Shown one piece after another: positions 1 through 11,376 of a stretch of DNA of 64,000 nucleotides (the stretch's first letter is position 1; every line of letters begins with the position of its first letter). The notes beneath the pieces are model-generated. The model was not told the origin of the DNA. It searched no databases and saw nothing but the letters and a program-made list of their open reading frames with translations. Made by a program: the position numbers and the translations under genes. This DNA is from the human T2T-CHM13v2.0 reference genome, Homo sapiens: NCBI RefSeq assembly GCF_009914755.1, contig NC_060929.1; one strand, written 5' to 3'.

Positions 1-547
1 CACCTAATTTCCTTTGAAAATGAATGATGCTATGCAAAGATATTCTTCACTTTAAGACCTGTTTAGTTTAAAATGATGAGAAAGCTGGGGGGACTAGGTG
101 GAGTAATAACCTAGGATGTTGTTGAAGTATATAATCGCAAATAAACAGGAAAGAGCGAGCCTGGAAGGCCATGTGATCCTGAAATACTGTTGTTATAACA
201 TTTTTAACTACCAAAATTCTTCCAGTGACTATGGAAACTTATTTTTTTCCTTCGGTATGCCTTATCACCCTGCAAAAAAAGTTACTCTAAAGATGGATTA
301 CTGATTTTTTTCCCCCCTGTATCTGAGAAGCTTTAGGAAAAAGATGACCATTATCCACTCATTTTAGCTACATATTCATTCATGTTATGAAGAAGGACAG
401 GAATGAGAAATAACCAAGAGTGATCATCACACTTATGACACTGTCATATTCCACTAAGGATCAGTGTTTTTCTAATATAATTACACATTGTAGTGATAAA
501 ACCTATTGGCTTAATGCTCTCCCTTTGTTGGGGGCCAGCATTCCTAA

Positions 548-973
<426 letters not shown>

Positions 974-979
974 TGACTC

Positions 980-1420
980 TAATATTTCAAAGCTCCACAT
1001 GGCTTTTAAGATAAAGTATACCCTGATCTGGATCCTTCATGACTTTTCAGCTTCATTCATGTGCTATCACTCAGTTACTCACATGTTATGTTCTGGAATG
1101 CCTTGAGATGCCTTCCTGACCCTGCCTTCCTAACTTCTATTTTCCTTATCTAAGACTTAATTGGGGCATCACTTCTTCTTGAGATATTTTATAACATTTA
1201 TTTTCTTTCTTTGAGCCTGAGATAGTGCCCGTCTTGGGTAGGTATTACCACAGTGCCTTATGTTTTCCTGTATTACTATGTTATTAGTATAATTAACCAA
1301 GTCACAGAATGTGAGCATTAGAAAGTAGACACTTGGATTAATTTACCTCTGCCTTCTAAACACCTGTGAGAGTTCATGACATTTAGTGGAAGCTCAAAAA
1401 TTATTTGAAGGAATAAATAA
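980..1420 (+). mobile_element. Degraded L2 3' end
   Basis: L2-like text (CTGGAATGCC...CTTCC, CATCACTTCTTC) ending in AAAAATTATTTGAAGGAATAAATAA, which resembles the L2 (TGAA)n tail. Confidence 0.5.
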
Positions 1421-2149
1421 CGTGATCAGGCAAACAGTTTAACTTTACATAGTTGCTATGCAGGAAAAACTCATTGCATCCAAGTGGCCCGTCCAGAGAC
1501 ACTCATTCCCTTCTTAGAAATAACCACCTACAACTTATAGCATTGCCAGGTGTTTGTATCTGGCCCCTAAAATTAAAGGAGTCCCAGTTTCTGTCCTAAA
1601 AATGTATATATTAGAACCATTAGATAACCCAAGAGGCTCTTTGAGAATTGAATTAAGAAACAAAACAAAACAAAATAAAAAATTGGGTAAAATACATCTA
1701 TGTGAGATGTATTTGGCTAAAAGGTCTGCTAATGCCCTGAAATTTGTGGATCCCAGGCTTTTTGCTGGGCTATCAAAACACTTGCTTATAAAGCCAGAAT
1801 GCAGTTAAGCTTCCTTTTTAGATAATTATATCCTTTTTCATCTCAAATTATAGACTTACTAGTTCAACATCTATTCCTTCTAAAAAGCTTTGCTAGATAA
1901 ATTATAAGCCTGAGTTTTTCAAGCAAGTATTTTTTTAACAAGCATAGATTTTTGACATAGGTATTCCACTATTCACCTCTATTTTACACTTTACCACCTT
2001 GAGGAGTAGTTGTTGGTATTAACATGATTGTTTAAAGCTTTAATTGAGACACCTTCCCTTCCCCATACACCGTTGATCATGGATAGAAAGCAGGTAGGGG
2101 CTAAGGCCCTGGGCTGGTGATGTTCATATAGAACCTACATTTAACATTT

Positions 2150-2320
2150 GCAGTGCTTTTGAGACCTTAATTTCTGGATCTTTTGCATCTGAATTATCTG
2201 GGATGATTGTTAAAAGGTGGACATTGTGACCCTTCCAGAAACTAAATCAATCTTAATTTCTGAGAGTGAGCCAAGAAATACGCATTTTAATCAATGACTT
2301 TAAAAGATGTATCACTAATC
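2150..2320. mobile_element. MER5-like hAT-Charlie MITE, degraded
   Basis: TGCATCTGAATTATCTGGG...TTGTTAAAA...TTTCTGAGAGTGAGCCAAGAAATACGCATTTTAA resembles the MER5A/B core. Confidence 0.45.
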
Positions 2321-4319
2321 GAGAAAAGTGGGCCCTGTTATAAGTTCTTTCAGTAGGATATATTGTGAATGTCTTATTTTGACATGGATTTATCATTCAA
2401 TAAATATTTATTGACAGTTTTACTATGTGTTAGACTGTTTCAGTAGTGGAGGAAATGAAGGTGAGAAAAGGAATTAAGAAGATTTGGGTTTAAGGGATTG
2501 CCAGATAACATACAGAAAAACAGCTAGTTGTAAACAAGGATTATGCCCTCCCCTTCACTCTGAAGTACTGGAAACTAAGCATTTTCTTCTGTGTAGACAG
2601 CAACTTTTTAATACCAGACTAGAAACAGTCTTCAGAGCAGAAAAGATCACATATCAACTCTTCCAAAACTAAGGTGTCATGTTTGCTTCAACAGGCCTCC
2701 AGTTTCAAATTGGTGTATAAATAATAATGCTGCTCCATGACAGGCTATCTCATCCAGTTGATGCTTAGAAATCTAGATTGCGATGATTTTTATCTTTTTA
2801 GGGCATCCTAGGAAGTTTTACTGCTTCAAGCTCTAGACTTCAAATGAATGTTTTCTAGAGATTTGATTTCTTATTTACCAGGCAAGGTAGATTGTTTGGT
2901 TTTAGTTGCTTTAAAATTTTCACATACTTAAATTACGGTTCTGTTTTGTGGCATAGAAGCTGGGGCTCCCACCTGCTCTGTTGTCTGTGCGTAGATGACC
3001 TGTCTTCTCAAGGAGACCGTTGCCTTGCCAGTGGGTTCTCCCTTAGTCTCCACATAACATGAACGGCTTGACCTTCCATGTTGACACTTGTCCCTGTTAA
3101 ACAACCCAGTTTCATTAAAAAATGGCAGTTACACTTCTGGCTTGGCAGACTGATAAAACATTTGGCCAGTCACTGAACTGTCACTCTGAATTTCAGATAC
3201 TCATTCCAGTGGACCATCTTCACTGCACTACCATACCATGGCTATTGAGAAGTTTACTACAACAATATTCTCAATAATATAAAAATCAATCATTGGATTA
3301 AACTAGATCACCACATTTTATCAACATTCCTGTACTATGGATTTTATTATACTGTCACTTTGGCTTATGTTGCCAGCTTATATTGAAGGATGTCATCAGA
3401 AACCACCCTGTGGGGCTTTGTGACATATTTACTGTAGGGATTAAGTTTCTTGGTTCACCACATGACAAAGAAACCTTCTTATAGGAGTCTGTGAGAGAAT
3501 TTCTCTCTGTGCTTCTGAGAAATTGATTTATCTTTATCTTACAAACGCAGTGAATTACATAACTAGTCATGTTTTTCTTTTCCTGCTGACTGATCAAAAG
3601 GTCGTGACATATTTGTGATTTCTCTTTACTATGTTCATAGGATCTTGTGGTATATATGTTCTGTACTTACCTCTCGGCACCACATCACATTTTATTACCC
3701 TTAATTTTTTGTTACCTCAAATTTCTTCCAAACTAAAAACATATTTTATTTTTCTACTGTGTGTATTTCTTAAGATGTCCTAAATTATTTCTGGAACAAG
3801 ACAAGTTACAGTTGTGAATTTTTTGAAGTTTGTTTGTTTTTGTTTTTTAAGATAAGAAGTGATCACTAACGATTACCTTGAAAAGCTCCAACCTATAACA
3901 ATGAATAATCGAAAGAATATTAGTGAGATGGCATTAGTGAGAGTGGGGTGGAATAGAAAAAGAGGTAAAAGAGAGCTTGGAGAAACTTAAGTAACAGAAT
4001 GGACTTTGGTAAGCATTTGTAATATAGGCCCATATATTTTCCACTTTTGGCTTTTGTAATTTCAGCTGTCTGTTTCCTTCACAAACATTATTCCTACAGT
4101 TGACAGTATCAGACTCAAGCAGATAGGAATTAGACAATCAACCAGAGTAAGTTTGGTCCAGTTTAGCATTGAGTGCTTTAATTGTGATAAACTGCTGTTC
4201 CTTTGATATTTGGTAATATCAAATTGACTAATTAAACCTTAATTACTGTAGATTATATTCATGAGAAAGCATTTCATTTTACTATTGGAAACATTGAATA
4301 TAAAAGCCAGAAAATCAAT

Positions 4320-4460
4320 TAGAGAACATCCAGTCTAATGTGTTTATTAATAATTGCTGAAACTGGGGATCAGAAATGTAATGTTACTCGCCCAAGTTAC
4401 TTGCAACCAATTAGTGGAAGAACCAGAACTAGAATAGAAATCACTTGATTCATGGACCAG
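4320..4460. mobile_element. MIR SINE fragment
   Basis: GAAACTGGGGATCAGA...GCCCAAGTTAC...TAGTGGAAGAACCAGAACTAGAA matches the MIR core. Confidence 0.6.
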
Positions 4461-5309
4461 CAACAACTCAGAATGTAAAGTTATTACAAGTCCTCCTGTT
4501 GAGGGCTTTGCATCATTTTCTTTAAAGAGGCCAAGTTCAATATCTATCAGATGTCAAAACAAAGAAAGAGGTTACTGATATGAGAGGATACTTGGAAGTG
4601 CCATTCATGGTCTATGCTGTTTCCAGCATCTGAAGATGAGGTGAGCTGAAAGTGAAACATGGGAAGAGGGCTGTAAGGGCAGTTAAATGAGAAAACCATG
4701 TCAGAATGGCTCTAGTAATTTGAGTAGCGAATGGAGATAAATAAAGGTATATCTACGCTTGCTCGTTAAGTGTATATTGAAATAATTCTCTTGATAATCT
4801 AGGTAAAGAACCACATTTTTGCCTAAAATCAAGATGAATGAATCTAATGGGGTTTTAAGGATTTTATTATTTCATTTTTAAAAAATTATTTTTGATAGTA
4901 TAGACAAAGCAATAGCTATTAAATATCTGCAGTTATAGATTGAAACATTTTGTGCTTACAGAGCAAATTGTGATTGAGAGGTTAGAATTTTGGGAATTTG
5001 TTTATTGTAACCAGTCAATCTGGAGAGTTCATTTGAGAATAATATTGTTCCTATAGCACAGGAGTTTCTTTGCTTCATTGTGAGTTGTAATTGCTGGAGA
5101 TTCTAATCATACAGGTGATGGCCCTAATTATATTTATTTTATTTCAGTCAGCAAGACTACATTTACATGAAGCTGACACAATAATTCTTCCTGGTGTTTG
5201 ACCGTCAGTCTGTATAAATCTGTTGCATGAAATAACAGTAAAAACAGTTCTACTCTCTCTTGTTCACCCTTCCAATAATAATAATGACCTCTCCTATTTT
5301 ACAAAAGGT

Positions 5310-7566
5310 TTTTGTTTTTTTTTTTAACTTTTACGTTCAGGGGTACAAGTGCAGATTTGTTACATAGGTAAACTTGTGTCATGGGAGTTTGTTGTACAAA
5401 TTATTTCATCACCCAGGTATTAAGCTTAGTACCCTTAGTTATTTTTCCTGATCTTCTCCCTCCTCCCACCATCCACCCTCCAATAGGCCCCAGTGTGTAT
5501 TGTTCCCCTCTGTGTGTTCATATGTTCTCACCATTTAGCTTCAACTTATAAGTGAAAACATGTGGTATTTTGTTTTCTGTTCCTCTGTTAGTTTGCTAGG
5601 GATAATGGCCTCCAGCTCCATCTTTGTTCCTGCAAAAGACATGATTTCATTTTTTTTTGTATGGCTGCACGGCATTACATTATATATATGTACTACATTT
5701 TCTTTATCCAGTCCGTCACTGATGGGAATTTGATAACATGTCTTTGCTATTGTGAACAGTGCTGCAATGAATATATGCATGCAAGTCTTTATAATATAAA
5801 AATTTGTATTCCTTTTGGTATATACCCAGTAATGAGATTACTGGATCAAATGGTATTTCTGTCTTTAGGTCTTTGAGGAATCACCACACTGTCTTCCACG
5901 ATGGCTGAACTAATTTATGCTCTCACTTACAGTGTATAAGTGTTCCTTTTTCTCCACAACCTTACCAGCATCTGTTATTTTTTGACTTTTTAATAATAGC
6001 TATTCTGATTGGTGTGAGATGGTATCTCACTGTGGTTTTGATTTGCATATTTTAATGATCAGTATTATTGTGCTTTTTCTCATATGATTGTTGGCCACAT
6101 GTATGTCTTCTTTTGAAAAGTGTCTGTTCATGTCATTTGCCCACTTTTTGTTTGTCTTGTATTTCTTTTGTTAAAATTTAATTTAATTTTAGATTCCAGG
6201 ATACATGTGCAGGATGTGTGGGGTTTGTTACATGTGCCATGGTAGTTTGCTACACCTATCAACCCATCACCTAGGTATTAAGCCCCTCATGCATTAGCTA
6301 TTTATCCTGATGCTCTCCCTTGCCCCCGCAACAGGCCATAGTGTATGTTGTTTCCCCCAGTGTGTCCATGTGTTCACATTGTTCAGCTCCCACTTGTAAG
6401 TGAGAACATGTAGTGTTTGGTTTTCTGTTCCTGCATTAGTTTGCTCAGGATAGTGGCTTTCAGCTCCATCCATGTTCTTGCAAAGGACATGGTCTCATTT
6501 CCTTTTATGGCTGCATAGTATTCCACATTGTCTGTGTACTACATTTTCTTTATCCATTCTATCACTGATGGGCATTTGGGTTGATTCCATATTTTTACTA
6601 TTATGTATAGTGCTGCAATGAACATACACATGCATGTATCTTTGTAATAGAATGATTTATATTCCTTTGCCCAGTTTTTTTATGGGGCTGTTTGGTTCTT
6701 CCTATAAGTTCGTTTAAGTTCCTTCTAGATGGTGGATATCAGATCTTTGTTGGATACATAGTTTGCAAAAGTTTTCTTTTGTGTAGGTTATATTTTTACT
6801 CTGTGGATAGTTTCTTTTGCTGTGCAGAAGCTCTGTAGTTAAATTAGATCCCATTTGTCAATTTTTGCTTTGGTTGTAATCACTTTCAGCATCTTCATCA
6901 TGAAATCCTTGCCTGTGCCTATGTCCTGAATGGTATTACCTAGGTTGTCTTCCAGGGTTTTTATAGTTTTGGGTTTTACATTTAATCCACCTTGAGTTCA
7001 TGTTTGTATATAATATAAGGAAGGGGTCCAGTTTAAACCTTCTGCATATGGCTAGCCAGTTATCTCAGCACCATTTATTGAATAGGGAAGCCTTTCCCCA
7101 TTGCTTTTTGTCAGGTTTGTCAAAGATCACATAGTTGTAGGTGTGCAGCCTTATTTCTGCTTTCTCTGTTTTGTTCTGTGTCTCTCTATTCTGTCTATGT
7201 TTCTGTTTTTGTACCAATACCATGCTGTTTTGGTTACTGTAGCCCTGTAATATAGTTTAAAGTCAAGTAGCATGACTAGAGTAGTATAACCTAATAAAAA
7301 GTTTCTTCTTTTTGTTTAGGATTGCCTTGGCTATTAGGGCTCTTTTTTGGTTCCATATGAATTTTAAATTTTTTTTTCCTAGTTCTGTGAAGAATGTCAA
7401 TAGTAGTTTAATAGACATGGTATTGAATCTATAAATTGCTTTCGGCAGTATGGCCATTTTAATGATGTTGATTGTTCCTATTCATGAGCATGGAATGTTT
7501 CTTCATTTGTTTGTTTCACCTCTGATTTCTTTGAGCAGTGATTTGTAGTTCTCCTTGTAGAGATCT
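5310..7566 (-). mobile_element. 5'-truncated older primate L1 (L1PA13-16-like), 3' ORF2 plus 3' UTR, interrupted by a younger L1
   Basis: Poly(T) at ~5309-5325, then L1 3' UTR (TTATTTCATCACCCAGGTATTAAGC); ORF track 7263-7457 ([15 protein letters not shown]) and 5541-5780 are degraded ORF2; possible imperfect TSD TACAAAAGGT (~5300) / TACGAAAGGC (~7566). Confidence 0.9.
6150..6663 (-). mobile_element. ~0.5-kb L1PA8-11-like 3' fragment nested in the older L1
   Basis: A second T-rich tail and L1 3' end (ATACATGTGCAGGATGTG...CATCACCTAGGTATTAAGCCC...GCATTAGCTATTTATCCTGATGCTCTCCCT); flanked by C(A/C)TTTGCCCA(C/G)TTTTT at ~6134-6149 and ~6664-6679, after which the host L1 resumes in register. Confidence 0.85.
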
Positions 7567-7599
7567 ACGAAAGGCTGTCTAACCAATTATCTTTAAGTT

Positions 7600-7770
7600 T
7601 CATAGCTTTATGAGGTAAGCAGGATAGGTTCAGTTATTCCCATTTTATAAGCAAGAAAGCTGAGAGCCAGAGGAATGATCTCCCATGTCTAAGGTTAGTA
7701 AGTGAGGCAGGGGTGGAACATAGACCACAGCCCAGGTCTTTTGGCTCCTGGTCCACTGCCTTTATCAATC
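7600..7770. mobile_element. MIR SINE fragment
   Basis: TTATTCCCATTTTATAAGCAAGAAAGCTGAGAG...CCCAGGTCTTTTGGCTCC MIR core. Confidence 0.65.
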
Positions 7771-7939
7771 CTATTACCACAGCAATGGTCTTGGTCAGTG
7801 TGACCTCTCAGGTGAATCAACTAAAAAAACATGACAACATGCATTCTTGTTTCTAGTTTCCTTCTCCAAACCCTTCCTCTACTTGCTCATTTCAATAGAA
7901 TAAGCTTCCTAAACTTCAATTTAATATGGACGATAATTG

Positions 7940-8376
7940 ACCTGTGGCTTTTGTGTTGATGGTGTAATGGGAGCCTACTGGGGGTTTATACTCAGGCATA
8001 TCTAATCTGGAAGTGCAGGGGACTTAATGCCTCATAGAGAGGCCATAACTTTGGTCATAACTTTGGTCATAACTTTTGACCAATGGGAGCTGGAAGTCAG
8101 TATTGAAATTCCTCCACTATTATCCCCTTTCTCCACCCATTGACAGATGGTTCTGAAATCAAGTTGGCCCATGGGGATATGTTTCCATGAATGGAGAAAC
8201 TGATTGTAGTTAGCAGTGCTAGTTGCAAAATGTATCATTATATTGACTCTCTCTTCTCTGCTTCACTCCTCTTCTTACTCCCTTATACCTGTTTCCTAGC
8301 GTAGTGTAACCTAATAAAATAATATCACATGAGCCCTCAGTCTCAGGCTCTGATTTCTGGGGAAGCCAGGCTAAAA
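7940..8376 (+). mobile_element. LTR16-family (ERVL) solo LTR, containing a 12-bp x3 tandem repeat (8044-8079)
   Basis: GACCAATGGGAG...AAATTCCTCC and the terminal AATAAA...GTCTCAGGCTCTGATTTCTGGGGAAGCCAGGCTAA match the LTR16 3' end; CATAACTTTGGT repeated three times. Confidence 0.65.
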
Positions 8377-11306
8377 TGCCAGGTTCATCTCTGTCTCATT
8401 TTTGGCTTAAGGAGTTCTTCCTTATATCCCCACCTGGATTACCTGACCCCTCCTCCCTATTCACCGAAACTTTACTCCTCTTTCAAGGTAGAGTAATGTG
8501 CCACTTGTTCTAGGATTGTTTGCTGTAATGTTCCTGGCCCCAAGTGATTTTTTTTCTCTCTCAGGAACCTCCATCTTTACACCCAATGAAGAGAACCACA
8601 ATATGTTTGTATCTCCTGTGACAAATAGTAAGACAATTTTGTATAAGCTAACCTTCTTTGCTACTTCATAAACAACTTTAAGACCTTAGGTTATTTATTT
8701 TTGTATCCTTAGCACCTGACATAGTGTTCAATGATTATTTCCCAATTGCTCATAATACAAGGGAAGGGAGAATTGCTCATTCTGATCAACTTAATCATCC
8801 ATCTAATTGTTGCAAGATCACTTTGGATGAATCATGTCTGAAGGAGTGTGACAGTGCAGCTCTGCTGTAGTTTGATTATTTGTTCTGTGTTGATATGAGA
8901 ATAGTTGAGACTCATAAACTACATGCTGTATGTCATGTTTCCTTTATTTTTACTGTCTTTGCCTGGACTAAAGCATTTGGAAATCAAAGGCGAGGAGAAT
9001 ATTTAAAGGTTCTAAGCATTTTTATTATGCTGTATCTCTTGTTAATTCATTTAAGCTTTCATTTTATAAAAGAAAAAATTAGACACAGAATATTGGCGTA
9101 GCCTACAAAGGACCTCGTGACCTAAGGAGGTCATGCATGGTGGTGTAGGGGACATTCTAGGAACAAGAAAAGCTCTGTATACACAAAGCAAGTTTTATGA
9201 TACTGTACGGGGGTGGGATGCTTGAGAAAGTTTTTTTTTTTTAATAATGTTAATACATATAAAATGGACTGAGCAACCTAACAGTGTGTGTGTGTATTGC
9301 TTTTTAGCTTTTGGATTACCATACAGATAAGGCTAATTTCAAAGGATCCATGCTGGTGGAAATATGGCTTAATATAAGAAATTAATGAGTGAAATTTCTC
9401 TAATATTCAAATCACTTCTTAGTATTAACTTAAAAACTTACCAAGGCAAATTAATTATTTCAGACTGTTGGGTTTCCACTAAGAACATTTTTACTTAAAA
9501 AATGTTTAGCACTAGGTGGGGAAAGGAACTTGCACTGGGGCAAAGGGAATCTCTTTTCCCTTGGCTTCATGTTTCCCTGTGAAAAGATCTCAGGGTGAGT
9601 AACGTACCTGGTCTTTTAAGCCACTGACTTAGCCTTCAGATGAAATGAGTGATCTGATGGAGAGTTTGGGAGGAGTTAAGCCTGTTCTGTTCAGCCTGTC
9701 TTTCTATTCTCTTTTTGGAGCCAACTGTCTTCAGGGCACTCACATTCTTCTCTGAACCACCATGCTGGAAGTTTCAAGTGTGAAGGCTGTAATTCTGCAG
9801 GGAGGCCTGTGGTCATTCCAGTCAGCCAGGGACTGGGGAGGGTGAATTTGTATAATTCAAAGATAAATCTTACTTGCTTTGTTCAGTTAAGCCACATAAA
9901 CGAATATCAATTTAAGAATAAAGGTGCATTTTCAATGTACATCTATCTGACATTTATGAATTTATATGGGTTCTAAATACAGACAGATCAGAGAAAGAGT
10001 AGTTATTTATGGACTGTATCAAACCCTGACAGAGCTGTCTTTACTTTCTCAGTGGTAGCAGTGAAGGGATATCCAAGCTGAAGGAACTGGAAATGCTCAT
10101 TCGCCTAAAGGGAAACTCTGCTAACTGTAACATCCCACAGAAATGTCCTTAAGAAGAAACCATAAATAGTAAATAATTGTACATGTACATAAGCCAATTT
10201 ATTAATTCTAAAATTAGTTCTTTTTCTGTGTGGGCATGCAGTGATAGATGTTAAAACTGCCAACACTTCTCTCAAAGCAACAAAAATGTGTTTCTTTTAT
10301 GATTAGACAGATTCAGTATAGTTAAAAAAACAAAGCAGGTTGCATTTGGAAAGCACAGTATCTAATGCTGTTAGTTAACTCTGCAACCTTTATTCTGTAG
10401 AGTGATTTGAATTCATTTTTTAGACTAAACATTCAGCATTGCCCTCCAGCAAACAGCTCTGGAGATGAAAGGTATCATTTGTAAACTGGTCCCATTTGCC
10501 TTTGAAGGCTCAAATTCCCTAATCCATCCCTTCCCCCAACTCTCCTTGACATCTATGTGAAAGCAAAAGATTATTCAGCTTAAAATAGGATCTTGTAAAC
10601 AGTAAAAAATATTTTCTGGAATAATATATCTTGTTTCTTTTTTATGTTAGCAGATTACAATTTTCTTATGGGATGGTAAAAAGAAGTGTTTTGACTCTAA
10701 ACATTTAATTTTTTTTTTTGGAAAGTGACATTATTTATCAGTCCAAGGTTTCAGATAAACTTTTTACTTCAGCCCTTGGAAAAGTCTCTAAAATATATTC
10801 CAGAACTATATGTATAATTTTACCAGAAAGTAAGCAATGCTGTAATATATATTAGGTGCTTGAATAGAGCAAGCACTGAATATTTGACAAACACAACCTT
10901 GACTTTTACCGCCTTGCTATTTGGTTAGGAATATATGGCATAGAAACTGTTTTTATACTCCTTTTCTGCCCATTTCCGGACACATGCTTATCTAATCTTG
11001 ATTAAAAGCTCTTTAACAGACATTAACTAGCCCTCTGGAAGGACAGACTGCTACTCAACTTTTGAGTGTTTTACCCCATATGAGTAACTTGTGCCTGATT
11101 GTTTCATAATAAATAGTGTAATTTGATTAGGTATTAATTGCTGAGCCCTCTCACGTAAGTCCCGTTCCACTTTTTAAATTTGTGATGTGACTTTTATCTT
11201 TTGGGGGTTTGTTTTTCTTTTTGCCCCCTCTCATTGTCAATCCTCATGCTTCAACAAAACGCCACGAATAAAAACCACTTTCCAAAACCAAATCAGATGG
11301 AGCAAT

Positions 11307-11376
11307 AGCCCTGTTAGATTAACCACAGTTCCTCCCTTGTCAGCCCTGTTAGATTAACCACAGTTCCTCCCTTGTC
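11307..11376. repeat. Perfect 35-bp tandem duplication
   Basis: AGCCCTGTTAGATTAACCACAGTTCCTCCCTTGTC at 11307-11341 and 11342-11376, followed by AGC. Confidence 0.97.
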
